DNA of 39,401 bases from an uncultured Burkholderiaceae bacterium (lineage in GTDB: Bacteria > Pseudomonadota > Gammaproteobacteria > Burkholderiales > Burkholderiaceae_A), in assembly GCA_964470595.1 (NCBI GenBank), contig CAYYDO010000003.1, positions 4,459-43,859 of the forward strand, read 5' to 3'. Below, piece by piece: positions 37,995-39,401 of this stretch; the stretch's first letter is position 1, and every line of letters starts with the position of its first letter. Made by a program: the position numbers and the translations under genes. The notes under the pieces were generated by a model. That model saw only the letters and a list, made by a program, of their open reading frames with translations. It had not been told where the DNA came from and did not search any database.

Positions 37995-39077
37995 ATGCGT
38001 GGCGAACTGATGATTCAGCATGTGAGTCGGGTCCCCCGGGGGCGACTGGGGCGTATCGCGATCGTCGTGGCCCTCGTGCATCTGATGGTGATGTTCGGGG
38101 CCGACTGGCTGTCGGGTCTGCTGACCGTCAGCGAACCCCACCGCGACGCCCCTCCCATGTCGATACGGGTGACCTCTGTTTCCGCCTCCGCTGCCCGGCC
38201 CGCTGCCCGGCCGCCACCGCTTGTACCGGATACCTCCGCGGCTCAGACGCTGCAGACGGGCAGCGACTCCGATGCGATACCGCCTCGGGAGGCCCTGCCG
38301 ACGGATTCCGTGGTGACGCAGACGGATGGGGCGCCCGGGCCGGCGGCTGAAGCGCCCGCGCAGGAATCACCTGCTGCGCCCGATCTGGCATCCCGCACTC
38401 CCACGCAGGACGACCTCCCCCGATCGGGGAAGGTCGCGATCGATGCCTACTGGGGCGATCACGCCTCGGGTAGCCATATCGCCAGCGGATCGATCGAACT
38501 CTCTTTCCCCTCGGAGGAGCGCTATCTGATCCGGATCGTCACCCGGGCGATCGGATGGGCCTCGATATTTGCCAACAGTCCACTGACGGCCGAGGCGGCG
38601 GGAGCGCTCGGACCCGGCGGTCTGCGTCCGGAGCGGTACAGCCACCGCTCGATGCGGGGTCGCGAGGAACTCTCGACCTTCGATTACGAGCGTGGAGAAA
38701 TCCGCTACTCATCGCTCAAGGAACCCCTGCCCCTGCCGGCAGGAGTGCAGGACCGACTGAGTTTCATGATCCAGCTGGCATGGATGCTGAGGACGGATCC
38801 GCAGCGCTTTGGCCTGGGAGAGTCGGTACGACTTCCGATGGCAGGCCGCAATCGTGTCGAGGATGTCGACTTCGTGGTCATGTCGGAGTCGGACCTGGTG
38901 ATGCCTGGCGGTGTGCTGGTGCCGGCCCTGCATCTGTCCACGATGCGCGAGGGTGAACGTTTCCGTGGCCAGATCGACATCTGGCTCGATCGTGCCGACC
39001 GGCTCTTGCCGGTGCGCATACGCTTCGAGGAGGCTCGCGGCCAGGTGCTGGATCTGCTTACTGTCCGCAGACCCTGA
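37995..39077 (+). CDS. Membrane-anchored DUF3108-like protein
   Basis: N-terminal TM helix, Pro/Ala-rich linker, GLRPERY, GVQDRLSFMIQL, DIWLD...LPVRIR. Confidence 0.7.
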   Translation: MRGELMIQHVSRVPRGRLGRIAIVVALVHLMVMFGADWLSGLLTVSEPHRDAPPMSIRVTSVSASAARPAARPPPLVPDTSAAQTLQTGSDSDAIPPREALPTDSVVTQTDGAPGPAAEAPAQESPAAPDLASRTPTQDDLPRSGKVAIDAYWGDHASGSHIASGSIELSFPSEERYLIRIVTRAIGWASIFANSPLTAEAAGALGPGGLRPERYSHRSMRGREELSTFDYERGEIRYSSLKEPLPLPAGVQDRLSFMIQLAWMLRTDPQRFGLGESVRLPMAGRNRVEDVDFVVMSESDLVMPGGVLVPALHLSTMREGERFRGQIDIWLDRADRLLPVRIRFEEARGQVLDLLTVRRP

Positions 39078-39085
39078 TCCCCGAC

Positions 39086-39114
39086 TTGACGCCATCAGCC
39101 ATTCTTCCGATAAT
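39086..39114 (+). promoter_or_regulatory. Sigma70 promoter of the tRNA operon
   Basis: TTGACG-N17-GATAAT followed by GC-rich discriminator CGCGGG. Confidence 0.75.
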
Positions 39115-39128
39115 CGCGGGTTCCTCGC

Positions 39129-39211
39129 GGAGGGGTGCCCGAGTGGCTAAAGGGGGCAGACTGTAAATCTGTTGGCTTACGCCTACGTTGGTTCGAATCC
39201 AACCTCCTCCA
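39129..39211 (+). tRNA. tRNA-Tyr(GTA), CCA not encoded
   Basis: Acceptor GGAGGGG/CTCCTCC plus discriminator A, anticodon arm GCAGA-ctGTAaa-TCTGT, long variable arm, GGTTCGAATCC. Confidence 0.96.
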
Positions 39212-39348
39212 CCCGATGATTGCCTGTAAGCGGGCAACGCTGGGCCGTCGGGGGCGTTGACAGTGGAGCAGTTGGCTCTGGAGAGCTGGTCTTGAGACCG
39301 GGCATCGAGAGGTTGCAGCAAGGAGTGCAGCGGTTGGTGGCAGGGTGC

Positions 39349-39401
39349 GCGGGTGTAGCTCAATGGTAGAGCAGAAGCCTTCCAAGCTTACGACGAGGGT
39401 T
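39349..39401 (+). tRNA. tRNA-Gly(TCC), truncated by the window end
   Basis: GCGGGTGTAGCTCAATGGTAGAGC, anticodon arm AAGC-ctTCCaa-GCTT. The Tyr-Gly order matches the tRNA cluster usually found upstream of tuf. Confidence 0.92.

Overview
GC-rich betaproteobacterial (Burkholderiales-like) chromosomal window, mostly housekeeping. Gene order: the end of the atp operon (atpD with an apparent ~164-nt internal deletion and frameshift, then atpC), hemE, priA, uup, ackA and a MaoC-Pta fusion, tRNA-Arg(CCG)-argS-SPOR-dsbA, rsmI/yraN/BON, copZ-like and copA-like, a TlpA-like thioredoxin, lipA-lipB-ybeD-aminotransferase-PBP5-like-hydrolase-ferredoxin-VanZ, birA-coaX, rfaE2 and a ferritin-like diiron protein. 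Then a ~9.8-kb module: a CarH/LitR-type MerR + B12-binding regulator divergent from a 10-gene operon (exported glutathione peroxidase, folE2, FAD oxidoreductase, DUF1365, Cfa-like methyltransferase, chalcone-isomerase-fold protein, MFS, DUF3833 lipoprotein, SDR, SnoaL) resembling a light/photo-oxidative-stress furan-fatty-acid system. The window ends with phaM-like, DUF3108-like, tRNA-Tyr and a truncated tRNA-Gly. Most notable: the B12-photoreceptor lipid module and its overlapping divergent promoters, a DnaA-box/IHF element between hemE and priA, a PBP5 homolog lacking two catalytic motifs, and several probable leaderless genes. No mobile elements or CRISPR arrays were seen. All calls come from motif recognition by eye, with no database searches.
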